A stretch of DNA of 64,000 bases from Eledone cirrhosa (Eukaryota): assembly GCA_964016885.1 (NCBI GenBank), contig OZ024758.1:28582001-28646000 (forward strand), read 5' to 3'. Of this stretch, positions 29,171 to 45,330 are shown piece by piece. A program made the position numbers and the translations under genes. How positions within the stretch are numbered: position 1 is the first letter of the stretch; each line of letters starts with the position of its first letter. The notes beneath the pieces are model-generated. The model saw nothing but the letters and a program-made list of their open reading frames with translations. It was not told the origin of the DNA and made no database searches.

Positions 29171-30197
29171 TATATAGAGATTACAATAATGAAAGTTCAG
29201 TTTAAATCATTTATTTGCTTACAATTGTTTCCTCCAAACCGAGGTTTGGATTCTTTGGAGCAACTATTTAGTTATCTATAACATACTTGACCTCCTTTTC
29301 AACACAAGAGACATATAAAAACATATGCACATATTGACCCACAGTGGGATGACATCCATCAAAATGATATAGCATGGCAATTTACATATAAAGGTTAAAG
29401 GATAGAGATAAAAATAAAAATAAAAATAAAAATAAAAATAAAAATGAAGCATTGGCAATCTATGAAGATAAAGCAAGAGGAAAGTTTAGAGTAGTCAGTG
29501 TATGAAACAAACTCACGTGTAGCATGCACGCGTGTCTTATTTATACAGGATTAGAGTGCGTCAGAATGTTATTTGCAGGGTCAGGCAGTTGAAGCAGGCA
29601 ATCGATATTATTATGTGGGCTGAATTATTAAATCATTTTTTCGCATACACCTGTATGATATACAGTCCCGAATGTGGAGAAACACCAAAATATCAAAAAT
29701 ATCAAACATATTATAAAACATATTATATCGTAGGCAAAACAGTACCACTGTCTTCGCGCACTCCACCACTCACATAATCCATGAGACGCAATATATAGAC
29801 CACGCAAATAACATTCTGATGCACTCTAATCCTGTATAAATAAGACACGCGTGGATGCTACAAGTGAGATTGTTTCATACACTGACTACTCTAAACTTTC
29901 CTCTTGCTTTATCTTTATAAACTGCCAATGCTTCATTTTTATTTTTATTTTTATTTTTATCTTTATCCTTTAACCTTTATATGTAAATTGCCATGCTATA
30001 TCATTTTGATGGATGTCATCCCACTGTGGGTCAATATGTGCATATGTTTTTATATGTCTCTTGTGTTGAAAAGGAGGTCAAGTATGTTATAGATAACTAA
30101 ATAGTTGCTCCAAAGAATCCAAACCTCGGTTTGGAGGAAACAATTGTAAGCAAATAAATGATTTAAACTGAACTTTGATTATTGTAATCTCTATATA
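29171..30197. repeat. ~1-kb foldback: ~400-bp inverted arms (29171-29582, 29798-30197) around a 215-bp spacer
   Basis: The arms are near-identical reverse complements; the ORF track shows mirror ORFs at 29276-29476(-) and 29904-30092(+). Confidence 0.92.
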
Positions 30198-30660
30198 CAT
30201 ATATATATACATATATACATACATATACATATATATATACACATATACATACATATACATATATATATACACATATACATATATACATATACATATATAT
30301 ATACATATATACATATACATATATACATATATATATACATATATACATATACATATACATATATACATATACATATATACATATATATATACATATATAC
30401 ATATACATATACATATACACATATACATATATACATATACATATACATATATACATATACATATACATATATATATACATATACATATATACATATACAT
30501 ATATATATACATATACATATATACATATACATATATATATATACATATATACATATATATACATATATACATATATATACATATATACATATACATATAT
30601 ACATATATATACATATATACATATACATATATATATATACATATATATATATACATATAC

Positions 30661-30691
<31 letters not shown>

Positions 30692-30790
30692 CATATATAC
30701 ATATATATACATATATACATATACATATATACATATATATACATATATACATATACATATATATATATACATATATATATATACATATAC

Positions 30791-30837
<47 letters not shown>

Positions 30838-30911
30838 CATATATATACATATATATATATATATACATATATATACATATATATATATATATACATATAT
30901 ATACATATAAC

Positions 30912-30943
<32 letters not shown>

Positions 30944-31575
30944 CATATATATATATACATATATATATACATATATATATATATATACATATATATACAT
31001 ATAACTATATATATATATACATATATATATATACATATATATATATACATATATATATACATATATATATATATATACATATATATACATATAACTATAT
31101 ATATATATATACATATATATATATACATATATATATATACATATATATATATACATATATATATACATATATATATATATATACATATATACATATATAT
31201 ATACATACATATATATATATATACATATATATATACATATATATATATATATACATATATACATATATATATATATATACATATATACATATATATATAC
31301 ATACATATATATATATATACATATATATACATATATATATACATATATATATATACATATTCATATATATACATATATATATACACATATATATACATAT
31401 ATATATACACATATATATATATACATATATATATACACATATATATATACATATATATATATATACATATATATATACACATATATATATATACATATAT
31501 ATATACATATATATATACATATATATACATATATATATATACATATATATACATATATATATATATACATATACA

Positions 31576-31607
<32 letters not shown>

Positions 31608-31733
31608 CATATATATATATACATATATATATATACATATATATATACACATATATATATATACATATATATATATACATATATATATACACATATATAT
31701 ATACACATATATATATACATATATATATACATA

Positions 31734-31776
31734 TCATCATCATCATCAGCGTTTAACGTCCGTGTTCCACGCTTGC
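31734..31776 (-). mobile_element. ~40-bp RTE 3'-terminal stub in (TA)n
   Basis: (TCA)n-GCGTTTAACGTCCGTGTTCCACGCTTGCA matches the RTE terminus. Confidence 0.75.
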
Positions 31777-32292
31777 ATATATATATACATATATATATAT
31801 ACATATATATATATACATATATATATACATATATATATACATATATATATACACATATACATATATATATATACATATATATATACACATATATATATAT
31901 ACATATATATATACATATATATATATACATATATACATATATATTTACACATATATATATACATATATATATATACATATATATATACACATATATATAT
32001 ATACATATATATATACACATATATATAAATACATATATATATACATATATATATATACATATATATATACAGATATATATATACAGATATATATATACAG
32101 ATATATATATACATATATATATATACATATATATATATACATATATATATATACATATATATATACATATATATATACATATATATATATACATATATAT
32201 ATATACATATATATATATACATATATATATACACATATATATATATACATATATATATATATACATATATATATATACATATATATATATAC

Positions 32293-32323
<31 letters not shown>

Positions 32324-32499
32324 CATATATATATATACATATATATATATACATATATATATATACATATATATAATATACATATATACATATATATATA
32401 TACATACATATATACATATATATATATATACATATATACATATATATATATACATACATATATACATATATATACATACATATATATATATATACATAC

Positions 32500-32533
<34 letters not shown>

Positions 32534-32579
32534 ATACATACATACATATATATATATACATACATATATATATACATAC

Positions 32580-32613
<34 letters not shown>

Positions 32614-32628
32614 ATACATACATACATA

Positions 32629-32660
<32 letters not shown>

Positions 32661-32661
32661 C

Positions 32662-32694
<33 letters not shown>

Positions 32695-32706
32695 CATACA
32701 TACATA

Positions 32707-32738
<32 letters not shown>

Positions 32739-32816
32739 CATACATATATATATACATATATATATATATACATACATACATATATATATATACATACATA
32801 CATAATACATACATAC

Positions 32817-32850
<34 letters not shown>

Positions 32851-32887
32851 ATACATACATACATACTATATACATACATATATATAT

Positions 32888-32937
<50 letters not shown>

Positions 32938-33313
32938 ATACATACATACATACATATACATACATATATATGTATATACATACATACATACATATACATA
33001 TATATATATATATATACATACATATATATATACATATATATATATACATACATATATATATACATATATATACATATATATATATACATACATATATATA
33101 TACATATATATACATATATATATATACATACATATATATATACATATATATACATACATATATATATACATATATATACATATATATACATATATATACA
33201 TATATATATATATACATATATATACATATATATACATATATACATATATATATACATATATATATATATACATATATATATATACATACATATATATATA
33301 TACATATATATAC

Positions 33314-33416
<103 letters not shown>

Positions 33417-33675
33417 CATATATATATACATATATATATACATATATATATACATATATATATACATATATATATATATACATATATATAGATATACATA
33501 TATATACATATATATACATATACATATATATACATATATATATACATATATATATATATACATATATATATACATATATATATACATATATATATACATA
33601 TATATATACATATATATATACATATATATATATATACATATATATACATATATATATATATATACATATATATAC

Positions 33676-33706
<31 letters not shown>

Positions 33707-33719
33707 CATATATATATAC

Positions 33720-33829
<110 letters not shown>

Positions 33830-33897
33830 ATATACATATACATATATATACATATATATATATATATACATATATACATATATATATATATATACAC

Positions 33898-33928
<31 letters not shown>

Positions 33929-34029
33929 CACACACATATATATATATACATATTTATATATATATACATATATATATACATATATATACATATATATATA
34001 GATATATACATATATATACATATATATAT

Positions 34030-34076
<47 letters not shown>

Positions 34077-34609
34077 CATATACATATATATATATATATA
34101 CATATATATACATATATATATACATATATATATACACATATATATATACATATATATATACATATATATATACACATATATATATACATATATATATACA
34201 CATATATATATACATATATATATACACATATATATACACATATATATATACATATATATATACATATATATATACATATATATATACATATATATATACA
34301 TATATATATACATATATATATACACATATATATATATACATATATATATACACATATATATATACACATATATATATATATACATATATATATATACATA
34401 TATATATACACATATATATATACACATATATATATATATACATATATATATACACATATATATATACACATATATATATATATACATATACATATATATA
34501 TACACATATATATATACACATATATATATACACATATATATATACATATATATATATACATATATATATATACATATATATATATACATATATACATATA
34601 CATATATAC

Positions 34610-34660
<51 letters not shown>

Positions 34661-34669
34661 CATATATAC

Positions 34670-34700
<31 letters not shown>

Positions 34701-34715
34701 CATATATATATATAC

Positions 34716-34842
<127 letters not shown>

Positions 34843-35151
34843 CATACATATATATATATATATACATACATATATATATATACATACATACATACATATA
34901 CATACATATATATATACATACATACACATACATATATATATACATACATACACATACATATATATATATATATACATACATACACACATATATATATATA
35001 CATACATACATATACATATATATATATATATACATACATACATACATATATATATACATATACATACATACATACATATATATATACATATACATACATA
35101 CATATACATACATATATATATACATATACATATATATATACATACATACAT

Positions 35152-35182
<31 letters not shown>

Positions 35183-35257
35183 CATATATATACATATATA
35201 TATATATACATATATATATATACATATATATACATACATATATATACATATATATAC

Positions 35258-35288
<31 letters not shown>

Positions 35289-35320
35289 CATACACATATA
35301 TACATACATATATATATATA

Positions 35321-35827
<507 letters not shown>

Positions 35828-35868
35828 CATACATATATATATATGCATACATATATATATATGGATAC

Positions 35869-35899
<31 letters not shown>

Positions 35900-35946
35900 C
35901 ATATACATACATATATATATATGCATACATATATATATACATATAC

Positions 35947-35981
<35 letters not shown>

Positions 35982-36080
35982 CATACATATATATATATAC
36001 ATATATATATACATACATACATCTATACATATACATACATCTATACATATACATATATATACATACATATATATACACAC

Positions 36081-36117
<37 letters not shown>

Positions 36118-36397
36118 CATACATATATATATATACATACATCTATACATATACATACATATATACACATATATATATATACACATATATATATATACAC
36201 ACATATATATATACACACATATATATATATACATATATATATATACATATATATATACACATATATATATATACACATATATATATACACATATACATAT
36301 ATATATATATATACATATATATATACACATATATATATATACACATATATATATATACACATATATATATACACACATATATATATACACATATACA

Positions 36398-36429
<32 letters not shown>

Positions 36430-36436
36430 CATATAC

Positions 36437-36468
<32 letters not shown>

Positions 36469-36478
36469 ATACATATAC

Positions 36479-36529
<51 letters not shown>

Positions 36530-36544
36530 CACGTATATATATAC

Positions 36545-36575
<31 letters not shown>

Positions 36576-36590
36576 CATATATATATATAC

Positions 36591-36621
<31 letters not shown>

Positions 36622-36770
36622 CACATATATATATATACACATATATATATACACATATATATATACATATATATATATACACATATATATACATATACAG
36701 ATACATATATATATACATATACATATACATATACATATATATATACATATATATATACATATATATATAC

Positions 36771-36813
<43 letters not shown>

Positions 36814-36820
36814 TATATAC

Positions 36821-36873
<53 letters not shown>

Positions 36874-36940
36874 CATATATATATACATATATATATATAT
36901 ACATATATATACATATATATATACATATATATATATATAC

Positions 36941-36971
<31 letters not shown>

Positions 36972-36984
36972 CATATATATATAC

Positions 36985-37015
<31 letters not shown>

Positions 37016-37194
37016 CATATATATATACATATATATATATATATACATATATATATACATATATATATATATATACATATATATATACATATATATATAT
37101 ACATATATACACATATATATATACACATATATATATATACACATATATATATATACACATATATATATATACACATATATATATATACACATAT

Positions 37195-37225
<31 letters not shown>

Positions 37226-37272
37226 CATATATATATATATATACATATATATAGAGTGAGATATATACATAT

Positions 37273-37740
37273 ATCATCATCATCGTTTAACATCAATCTT
37301 CCACGCTAGCATGGGTTTTCTACGGCTGGACGCCCTTCATAACACCAACCACGTTTACAGTGTGGACTGGGCGGTTTTTACCGTGTTACCTACACGGCCA
37401 CATTACAGCGTGGACTGCGTTTTTTTGTCGTGACACCTACACAACCTCATTTATTTTGGACTTGATGTTGTGGTACCAACATAACTTTTCAAAGAAAGGG
37501 TGGTGTTGTTGGATGGTAGGGTGGGGTACGGGTAGTGGGGGGGGGGGGTGTATATTTGGTTAAGAGGTGCCTACTGACTGTAGGTCTCGCTTTGTACATA
37601 GGCAAGGCGGGTCTGCTGTATTACTGCGTATCGCCAAAGATCTTGGTCCAGTGGCATTGTCTTAGAGAGGTACAAGTGTGTAAGGTCAGAATTTATCAAA
37701 TCACCCCAGGTTTTTCCGGGTCTACCTACTTCGTAACTTC

Positions 37741-37744
<4 letters not shown>
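37273..37744 (-). mobile_element. 5'-truncated RTE LINE 3' end
   Basis: Encodes [27 protein letters not shown], followed by the 3' UTR and (GAT)n tail. Confidence 0.88.
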
Positions 37745-37809
<65 letters not shown>

Positions 37810-37870
37810 CATATATATACATATATACACATATATATACATATATACATATATATACATATATACATAT

Positions 37871-38208
37871 ATCATCATCATCATCATTTTACGTCCACTT
37901 TTTCCTGCTTGCAAGGGTGGGACGGCAACTGATTCTGGGTTGATTTCTACAGCTGTTTGCCCTTCCTAACACCAACCTCATTTATAGTGAGTGCTGGGTG
38001 CTTTTTTGCCGTGGCACCTACCTGACCACTTTGCGGTGGAATGATAGGGACCCTAGTCCTATCATCTCATTTCTACAGCTGAGTAAACTGGAGCAATGTG
38101 AAATAAAGTGTCTTGCTCAAAGAAACAACACATCACCTGGTCTGAGAATTGAACTCACACCCTTTCGATTGCAAGGCCAATGCTCTAACCACTAAGCCAT
38201 GTGCCTCC
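37871..38208 (-). mobile_element. SINE family A
   Basis: Same A/B boxes, CORE-like segment and tail as 28130-28463. Confidence 0.9.
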
Positions 38209-39119
38209 AGTTTTGAAAAAAATAAATTCACAATATTATTTGAATTGGAACAAGGAGTACATGTAACTGAAAATTTAGGTGGGCATTAAAAACCTCAACT
38301 GATGTGCACAGGAGAGAGTGCTTCCCTGGTATAGACTGAGGAATTAGATATATTTTGGTACCAATTGTTTTTCATCTAGGCACAAATCCATCAGGTGATG
38401 GATGTTTTGGAGCAAATAACTGTTTTATATACAGTGTACCCCTGGCATTCGCAGTCCCAGTTATTCACGGAATTTTCCTTAGAACCTAACTAATAATTGT
38501 TCATGGAAACCACCACATAGTTGCGGAATCGTAAATATCTGCGATTTTTTGTTACGTTTTTTTTTTGTGCCAATTATATTTTTTAACGCTAAATTATCAG
38601 TAACAATATACCATATTTGGCGGTCTATTGGATACCCCTTCACCTAAGAAGCTCCTTCTTTTTTTATATTTTTCATTATATTTTGACCTTTATAGGCATT
38701 TTTCTGGATCACGTCTAATATTCCCGGTTTTTCACTTGTCGCGTGTGCCCTAGAAACATAACCCCAATAGTGGGGGAGAAGTGTTTGTAGAAAACTGGTT
38801 TTAATTCAACATATTTTTAAATTCAAGAGGCGACACTACCAAACTACGTTTAGTTGCCTGTTTAGATTACAGATAACACAACTAATCCTGCCAACGGGTG
38901 ACCTATAAGTTGTATCTGTTACATATGTACTGCCACATATGTTGAGTTCTTCAGCCATATTTTATATATCTTTAACTAAATATCCTTCATTTAAGTATCA
39001 TCATCATTATCATCATTATTATCATCACCGTTTTACATCCATTTTTCCACGCTAGAAGGGGTGGATGGTGAGTTTAAATGTTGCCATTGTGTGGAGAAAA
39101 GAATCAATGCAAAGCAGGT

Positions 39120-39748
39120 CTGCATATTAATTTTGGCTTCTAATAGTATTCTGCTTATTTATTTTCTTATAGTATTCTGAATACTTATTTTGGCTTCTTA
39201 TAGTGTTCTGCATACTTATTTTGGCTTCTTATAGTGTTCTGAATACTTATTTTGGCTTCTTATAGTGTTCTGCATACTTATTTTGGCTTCTTATAGTGTT
39301 CTGAATACTTATTTTGGCTTCTTATAGTGTTCTGCATACTTATTTTGGCTTCTTATAGTGTTCTGAATACTTATTTTGGCTTCTTATAGTGTTCTGCATA
39401 CTTATTTTGGCTTCTTATAGTGTTCTGAATACTTATTTTGGCTTCTTATAGTGTTCTGCATACTTATTTTGGCTTCTTATAGTGTTCTGAATACTTATTT
39501 TGGCTTCTTATAGTGTTCTGCATACTTATTTTGGCTTCTTATAGTGTTCTGAATACTTATTTTGGCTTCTTATAGTGTTCTGAATACTTATTTTGGCTTC
39601 TTATAGTGTTCTGCATACTTATTTTGGCTTCTTATAGTGTTCTGAATACTTATTTTGGCTTCTTATAGTGTTCTGAATACTTATTTTGGCTTCTTATAGT
39701 GTTCTGCATACTTATTTTGGCTTCTTATAGTGTTCTGAATACTTATTT
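39120..39748. repeat. 31-bp minisatellite (~20 copies) with mostly alternating GAATAC/GCATAC variants
   Basis: Unit TTATTTTGGCTTCTTATAGTGTTCTG(A/C)ATAC. Confidence 0.97.
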
Positions 39749-39852
39749 TCTTTGAAGGAATCCTTTTTTGAAGTTCAAATAAAAGAATGTATTTTTCATT
39801 TAGTTCAAAATATACAAAACTATCTAGATTGGGTTTCACCTATGTGTATAAT

Positions 39853-40070
39853 ACTTCTTCGTTGCCCACTTATTCCTGAAAGGTTGTGGGGGAGTCCTCA
39901 AACACTCCTTCCAGCTAGTTCTGTCAGAAGCAACCGTCTCCAGTTGATCTGGCTGGATCCACAAGCGTGACCTGCCAAGCTCATGGATGTTATCCAACCA
40001 TCTTGCTCAGGGTCTACCCCTGGCTCTCCTATCTGTTGGTTTTGCCCATAAAATCCATCCAGCGATTCTT
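39853..40070 (-). mobile_element. Short LINE 3' end (RTE-like), related to 55415-55640
   Basis: Two diverged dispersed copies; the 55.5-kb copy reads RPGGRSRVRWLDDI on the minus strand and has a (GAA)n tail. Confidence 0.6.
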
Positions 40071-40595
40071 GGGTGCATAATACTGATCTAGATATTGCAC
40101 TGAAAACTAAAATTAATTCAACAATGACTTTGTACCTTTGAGTATAATTGATGAATATCAGGATGTTCTATTGACAAAGTCATCATAAGAACGTTACATG
40201 TTTACTTAGCAGGTTTGAAGATATAGGGACAAGGAAATGGAGGATAAGCTTTCCTGTTTCTTATCAATATTTGATACCTTTATCAGAGAACTTTAAATGG
40301 GGAGACCCCATATAATCATTAGAAGATAACCCACTGTTGATTATAATGTAAACTTAGCATACAAGGTTCTATGATATAGAATTAATAAATGGATTGTGTA
40401 AAACACAGAAGAGATGTATATTTTGAACATTTATTAATTGGGCATGAACCAACACAGAAACTAAAAAAAGGGTATAGTGATGTAGATGAAAGAATATATG
40501 AAACTTTTTAGTTGTAAAAATGGGGATTCAGTTGAGTGTGTAAGGAATTTTGCTCATAATTATCAAATAAAGAACTATAAAATTACAGTTTTGAT

Positions 40596-40629
<34 letters not shown>

Positions 40630-40633
<4 letters not shown>

Positions 40634-40935
40634 TATCCCATACCAGATGGAAAAACAATTCGTCTGTGGGCTTCTAACTTTAGACAAACATCATTGACTT
40701 TAAAAAAGAAAAGTCCTGGCTGTCCTAGGACCTCTAGGATGAACTTTCGACAGACTTCAAAACTGCATCGACATTGGTGGTCGTCACTTACGTGATACAA
40801 TTTTTAAAACCACTTAAACCACAATGGCATGTAATGTAGTTATTATAAATACAAAGTTTTTTCTCTTATGATCATGTGTTGTTTTTTTTTATTATTAATC
40901 TTTGAAATTGGGGCAACCTTTCTGACCCACCCTGT
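40630..40935. mobile_element. Tc1/mariner-like remnant
   Basis: Terminus ..GGGGCAACCTTTCTGACCCACCCTG-TA resembles Tc1-like TIRs with a TA target. Confidence 0.4.
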
Positions 40936-41574
40936 ATATATATATATATATATGTACAAAGATAAATAATGGCAAATTATTCTTTCATATATCTTTACAG
41001 TTGTATGTTTGAAGGAATACAAATTAATCAAACATGTTATTTCCTAATGCCAAAACATCTATCACCAAGTGAGATGGTGCCAAAACTTCTGTGTAGAATT
41101 ATTCTATTCCAAGATGAGATGCAAATGGACGATACCTGCTGGGTGGTGGATTGCTGTTTGCAAATTGTGGGTGGATTTTATGCAAGGAGAAAAACAAGGA
41201 AGACATAAACAGTATTAAAGTTGAATTTCAGGATATTAGTCTCAGAGAAAAGATGAAGCAGAAGTGAAAGCAACAGAAACATGTCATACGGCCGATTCAT
41301 CCAAACACAGCCAGAATTCTTTTTTTAAATGGATGTAAAAATAATTATGAATGAGTAAGATGTATATATATATTTTTTTAATGCTGCTATAATTGTATAT
41401 ACCTGAATATACACCTAAGTATTTACATCAGATGTTTGTTTTTTTTAACATGTTCTAAACAAAGAACTTCATCCTACTGATTTTAACTTTGATATTCAGT
41501 ACCTCAATTGAATGTGTGGGTTACTACAGGATCAGAAAATTCATCTTCTCACATACGACAAATCAGCTTAAAAA

Positions 41575-41828
41575 TTTGTTAAATGCATGTGCAAGTAGTT
41601 GGAAATTCCACAGACCTTTAACAGAATGGAATCTCCAGGAGATTCAACATGACACATTCTGTGACAAGGTTAGCCCTTTAAACTACAGGTACAACTCATT
41701 TTTGCTAGCTGAGTGGACTGGAGCCATAGGATAATGTTATGTTCAAGGACATAAAAAGCACCAGTAGGAATCAAACTCATGTCCTCTATGACAATGAATT
41801 GAACACCCTAACCACTAAGCCATGCACC
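41575..41828 (-). mobile_element. tRNA/CORE-type SINE family C (related copies at 49290-49500 and 62335-62655)
   Basis: TGGCTTAGTGG A box, GAGTTTGATTCC B box, CAGTCCACTCAGCT..AAAAATGAG segment. Confidence 0.75.
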
Positions 41829-41921
41829 TGTACAGAAAAAAATAGTATTTAGAGGTGTAATTTTATAATTAATTAATTTAGGAAAGCAAAAAATAGTTAT
41901 GAATTTCAAAAGTATCTTTAC

Positions 41922-42043
41922 CAAGGTTTGGAGGCCTCAGCTTGGTCAGTTTGCAGTTTTTCTCCACCCTCAACTTCCATTGTACAGTAAACGATTTTAT
42001 TCGGAGCTAAAGAGCGGAGATTTTTAACTTCAATTACATGAAC
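41922..42043 (-). CDS. CADPS: CAPS/UNC-31 internal exon (C2 domain): [40 protein letters not shown]
   Basis: 122 nt with TTTTCTAG acceptor and GTAAAG donor; the [22 protein letters not shown] motif is conserved in CAPS; phase 0 in, phase 2 out. Confidence 0.96.
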
Positions 42044-42780
42044 CTAGAAAACATATAATTATGATTACATTATGACAATAAACACAAATACTTTATAAAA
42101 TTCAACTCAAAGACAATTATGTTATATTATAATCTAATTAACAGTTATTTATCATTACTAAGTAATTAGTTTATTAGTACAGAATATAATTGGGCAATGT
42201 TCCTTCTTAAAATTTCTATAACTAGAGCTATTTTACATACTGAGGAAGCTAACTCAATAGACCTCCCTCTCTAATTGGCTGGTAATAGTATTCAGGGTGG
42301 TGAATGCTAGAGTTATGGTAGAAATATAGACTAGTGTTAAATGTTTCTTATTTATGGCTCCAATCCTGTTTATTATATAACTGGATTAAGTAAAATAAAT
42401 GCTAGTCATATACTCGCCTACTGATATGGTAATGTGACCAAAAAATCTATCTACATTACCAAATCTATGCCAATTGTGGTGAGCAGGGAGGTGGCCCTAG
42501 GGCCAAGAACACCAGAAATCTTCACTGCTACGGGCTCAACTGCAAACCTGTCAGAGAGCAGCCAATATTTGGAGAGTTTACCCTCCTCAGCCTAAAGTGC
42601 AGCATATAAGAAAGAAATCTATTGAATAACCAATCATTCATTTCTTGTTATTAAAACCTGCCTGGTTCATTTGATAAACCATTAAATAAATTTAATCTGA
42701 ATTGGCACTTTATACATTATTTATCTATGAGAGGCATTTTACATAGTAAACAAGTTGTAATAAAACAAATACTAGCTTTC

Positions 42781-42991
42781 TAACCCTTTAGCATTTATAT
42801 TACTCTATATTTACTAACGTATTTTGACGGTAAACACTTTATCTCAATTAATATTGGATCTATGAGATTTTAATGTTATTTATTTTGAGAACAATAGCTT
42901 AACATCAGTATGAGCAGCCAGTTACAGATGGTTTGAACAGAAAGAGGTGAGAGAATAATGGCCGGATACAGCCAGTTTAAATGCTAAAGGG
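42781..42991. mobile_element. piggyBac-type MITE
   Basis: TIRs CCCTTTAGCATTTA/TAAATGCTAAAGGG. Confidence 0.85.
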
Positions 42992-43147
42992 ATAAACTTC
43001 CTCTGAGTATCAGCTTATAGCATCTTAGCATTGTAAGCTAATGAAACTCAATAGTTTATAAAGTCCCCACATCCAACTTGCTGGTTTTTATTGTGTCTTG
43101 GAAGGATTGATTATAAAATATTTATAAATATAGAACTTATAGAGAAA

Positions 43148-43193
43148 TTAACCCTTTAGCATTTACATTACTCTATATATACTATTTGTGTGT

Positions 43194-43224
<31 letters not shown>

Positions 43225-43403
43225 GTAAAGACTTTACCTCACATAATTATCTCACATAATATCGAATCTATGAGATTATGATATTATTTATTTTGAGAAC
43301 AATACCTTAACATAAGTATGAGTGACCAGTTACGGCCAGTTTAAACAGAAAGAGGTGAAAGAATTCTGGCCGTAGATGGCTGGTTTAAATGCTAAAGGAT
43401 TAA
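43148..43403. mobile_element. piggyBac-type MITE with internal (TG)n expansion
   Basis: TTAA on both sides; same TIRs as 42781. Confidence 0.85.
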
Positions 43404-43582
43404 TCAGTATCGGTAAAGGGTCGGACGCCATGCTTTGCAGCATAGAGTTACGGCCCTTTAAGGTCTGAGTTCAAATCCTGCCGAGGTTAACTTTGCCTTT
43501 CATCCTTGCAGGGTCAATGAAGTGAAGTACCAGTGATGTACTGGGTAATTCCTGGCCTTGTGCCAAAAGTAGAAACAATTAT
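43403..43582 (+). mobile_element. tRNA-derived SINE with Nin/Deu-like domain (family D; other copies at ~46785-47095, 48500-48660, 49938-50122, 52145-52442, 54008-54198, 54447-54624, 60518-60778)
   Basis: B box GAGTTCAAATCC followed by TTTGCCTTTCATCCT..GGTC(G/A)AT..AAGTACCAG, recurring across the window. Confidence 0.75.
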
Positions 43583-43807
43583 TTACTCAAATTCTTGGTT
43601 TTAAATATTTGTCATTATTTTCTCATATGAACATTTTTTTTTTTTTACTGAAAGCAAAATATTTCAAATTTGAATAATTTTTCATCTTCTACAAACATTA
43701 GGATTTATTATAAAGAGAATATAGCTAATACAATTGTAAAGAAAGACACTTTGTAATCTGACAATATCTTAAAATATGTGGTAAATTTAGATAATTAATC
43801 GCTATGT

Positions 43808-44110
43808 ATCATCATCATCATCACCGTTTTACGTCCGTTCTTCCACGCTAGCATGGGTTAGACGGGTTGTCCTGTTGTGTGCAGTGTCTGGTCGGCTGAC
43901 CATGCTTTGCTCATACAGGAACTGATCTGGCTTGATTTCTACAGCTGGATGCCCTTCCTAACACCAACCTCATTTACAGTGAGTGCTGGGTGCTTTTTTG
44001 CCGTGGCACCTCCACGACCACCTTGCGGTGGGGGGGGGGGGCATATTGTTTATATGCTTCAGCATGTACCCATGGGAGGTCGGGTACTCTGTATTACTGC
44101 GTGACGCCAG
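43808..44110 (-). mobile_element. RTE/SINE-A-type 3' fragment with (GAT)n tail
   Basis: Shares GGATGCCCTTCCTAACACCAACC and the terminal motif with SINE A and the RTE ends. Confidence 0.7.
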
Positions 44111-44329
44111 TATGTATAACTATTGAATTATATGTGTATATAACTATTGAATTACAAGTGTATTTTACAACTGCATAACAATCATTTTATAATGTCATGT
44201 GGCAGCTCTAGAGTTATCAGGTTCTACCACATAAAATGTCATTTTTTTAAGGAAAAGATAAATACATTGTAAAAGGAAGTAAACAAATACATTAAATCAA
44301 AATAAGTGGCATGTTAAATTACATGTTCA

Positions 44330-45330
44330 TATTCTTTTTGAGAGTATGAACTACTCAAATGCTTCAACTATGGCTTCTTGAGTTGCAAATCTTTTATTAT
44401 GTGTAAATAGTTCCAACTGTTTGAAAAGGTGATAATCTGTTAAGGAGATGTCAATTGAATAAGGTGGGTCAACAAAATTGCATAATCTAGGTCTATTACA
44501 TTTTTAAGAGTGATTGAGTGTGTCATGTTTATCTTTGTCAACCTGTTGGCTGTTTTGATTTTAAATTTTCATGCATATGGTCAGTTTTCTGACAGTATGA
44601 CTTTGCAGCAATTGATTCCCCTTGCTACAAAAAAAAAAAAAAAAAAAGAGTAGTGATTTATGCCCTTTGTGAACTACCATAAAGTTGCCATTAACGTTTT
44701 TGGGTGCAGCCTTTTCTGTGGAGATCATTTATTATTTCTCATCACAAGTAATGATATGGTGCACAGGTGGTTGATTTTTATTGCAAATTAGTAGTGCTGA
44801 ACACACCTCTAAGCATCAACATTTTTTTATACTCTGTTATTTCATGTAAAGTCCATTTAATCAACTTCTTCACTTTACCAATAGCAGAGAAATAGCATGG
44901 AAACAGTTACAGAAGATACTGCCATGTCTACTGCAAGTTGGTAAATTGTTGTTTTAACCCTTTAGCCTTTAAACCAACCATATCCATCCAGAATTCTCTC
45001 ACCTCTTTCTGTTCAAACCAACTGTAACTGGCCACTCATACTGGTGTTAAGGCATTGTTCTCAAAATAGATATCAAAATCTCATAAATTTGATATTATGT
45101 GAAAATACAATAGTATATATAGAGTAATGCAAATGCTGAAGGGTTAAGAGTCTCTTTCCATCAGTTTTCTTAAGTGGTCTTCATTTATGGTAGACTTTGG
45201 CATCACTCATGCCCATGGCTCACTCTGAAGATTCTTGACTCCAGAGTAAAATTGCTGAAACCACAACTGCAGTATTTACAGGCTAACAACTCTTTCCAAA
45301 AAGTAAATTTATAGTTTTTGTAGTCTTGGT
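44330..45330 (-). pseudogene. Decayed mariner transposase interrupted by a piggyBac MITE
   Basis: Minus-strand remnants WFQQF, HIITCDEK and PPYSIDISLTDYH (compare IVTGDEKW and HPPYSPDLAPSDYH), with many stops. Confidence 0.7.
44954..45147. mobile_element. piggyBac-type MITE nested in the mariner
   Basis: TTAA duplicated on both sides; CCCTTTAG/GCTGAAGGG ends. Confidence 0.85.

Noticed and set aside
38430-38785. Tigger/pogo-like MITE (TA-CAGTGTACCCC..) and a TTAA-bounded segment at ~45512-45785
   Set aside because: The ends are too degenerate, and each is single-copy in the window, so neither can be called with support.
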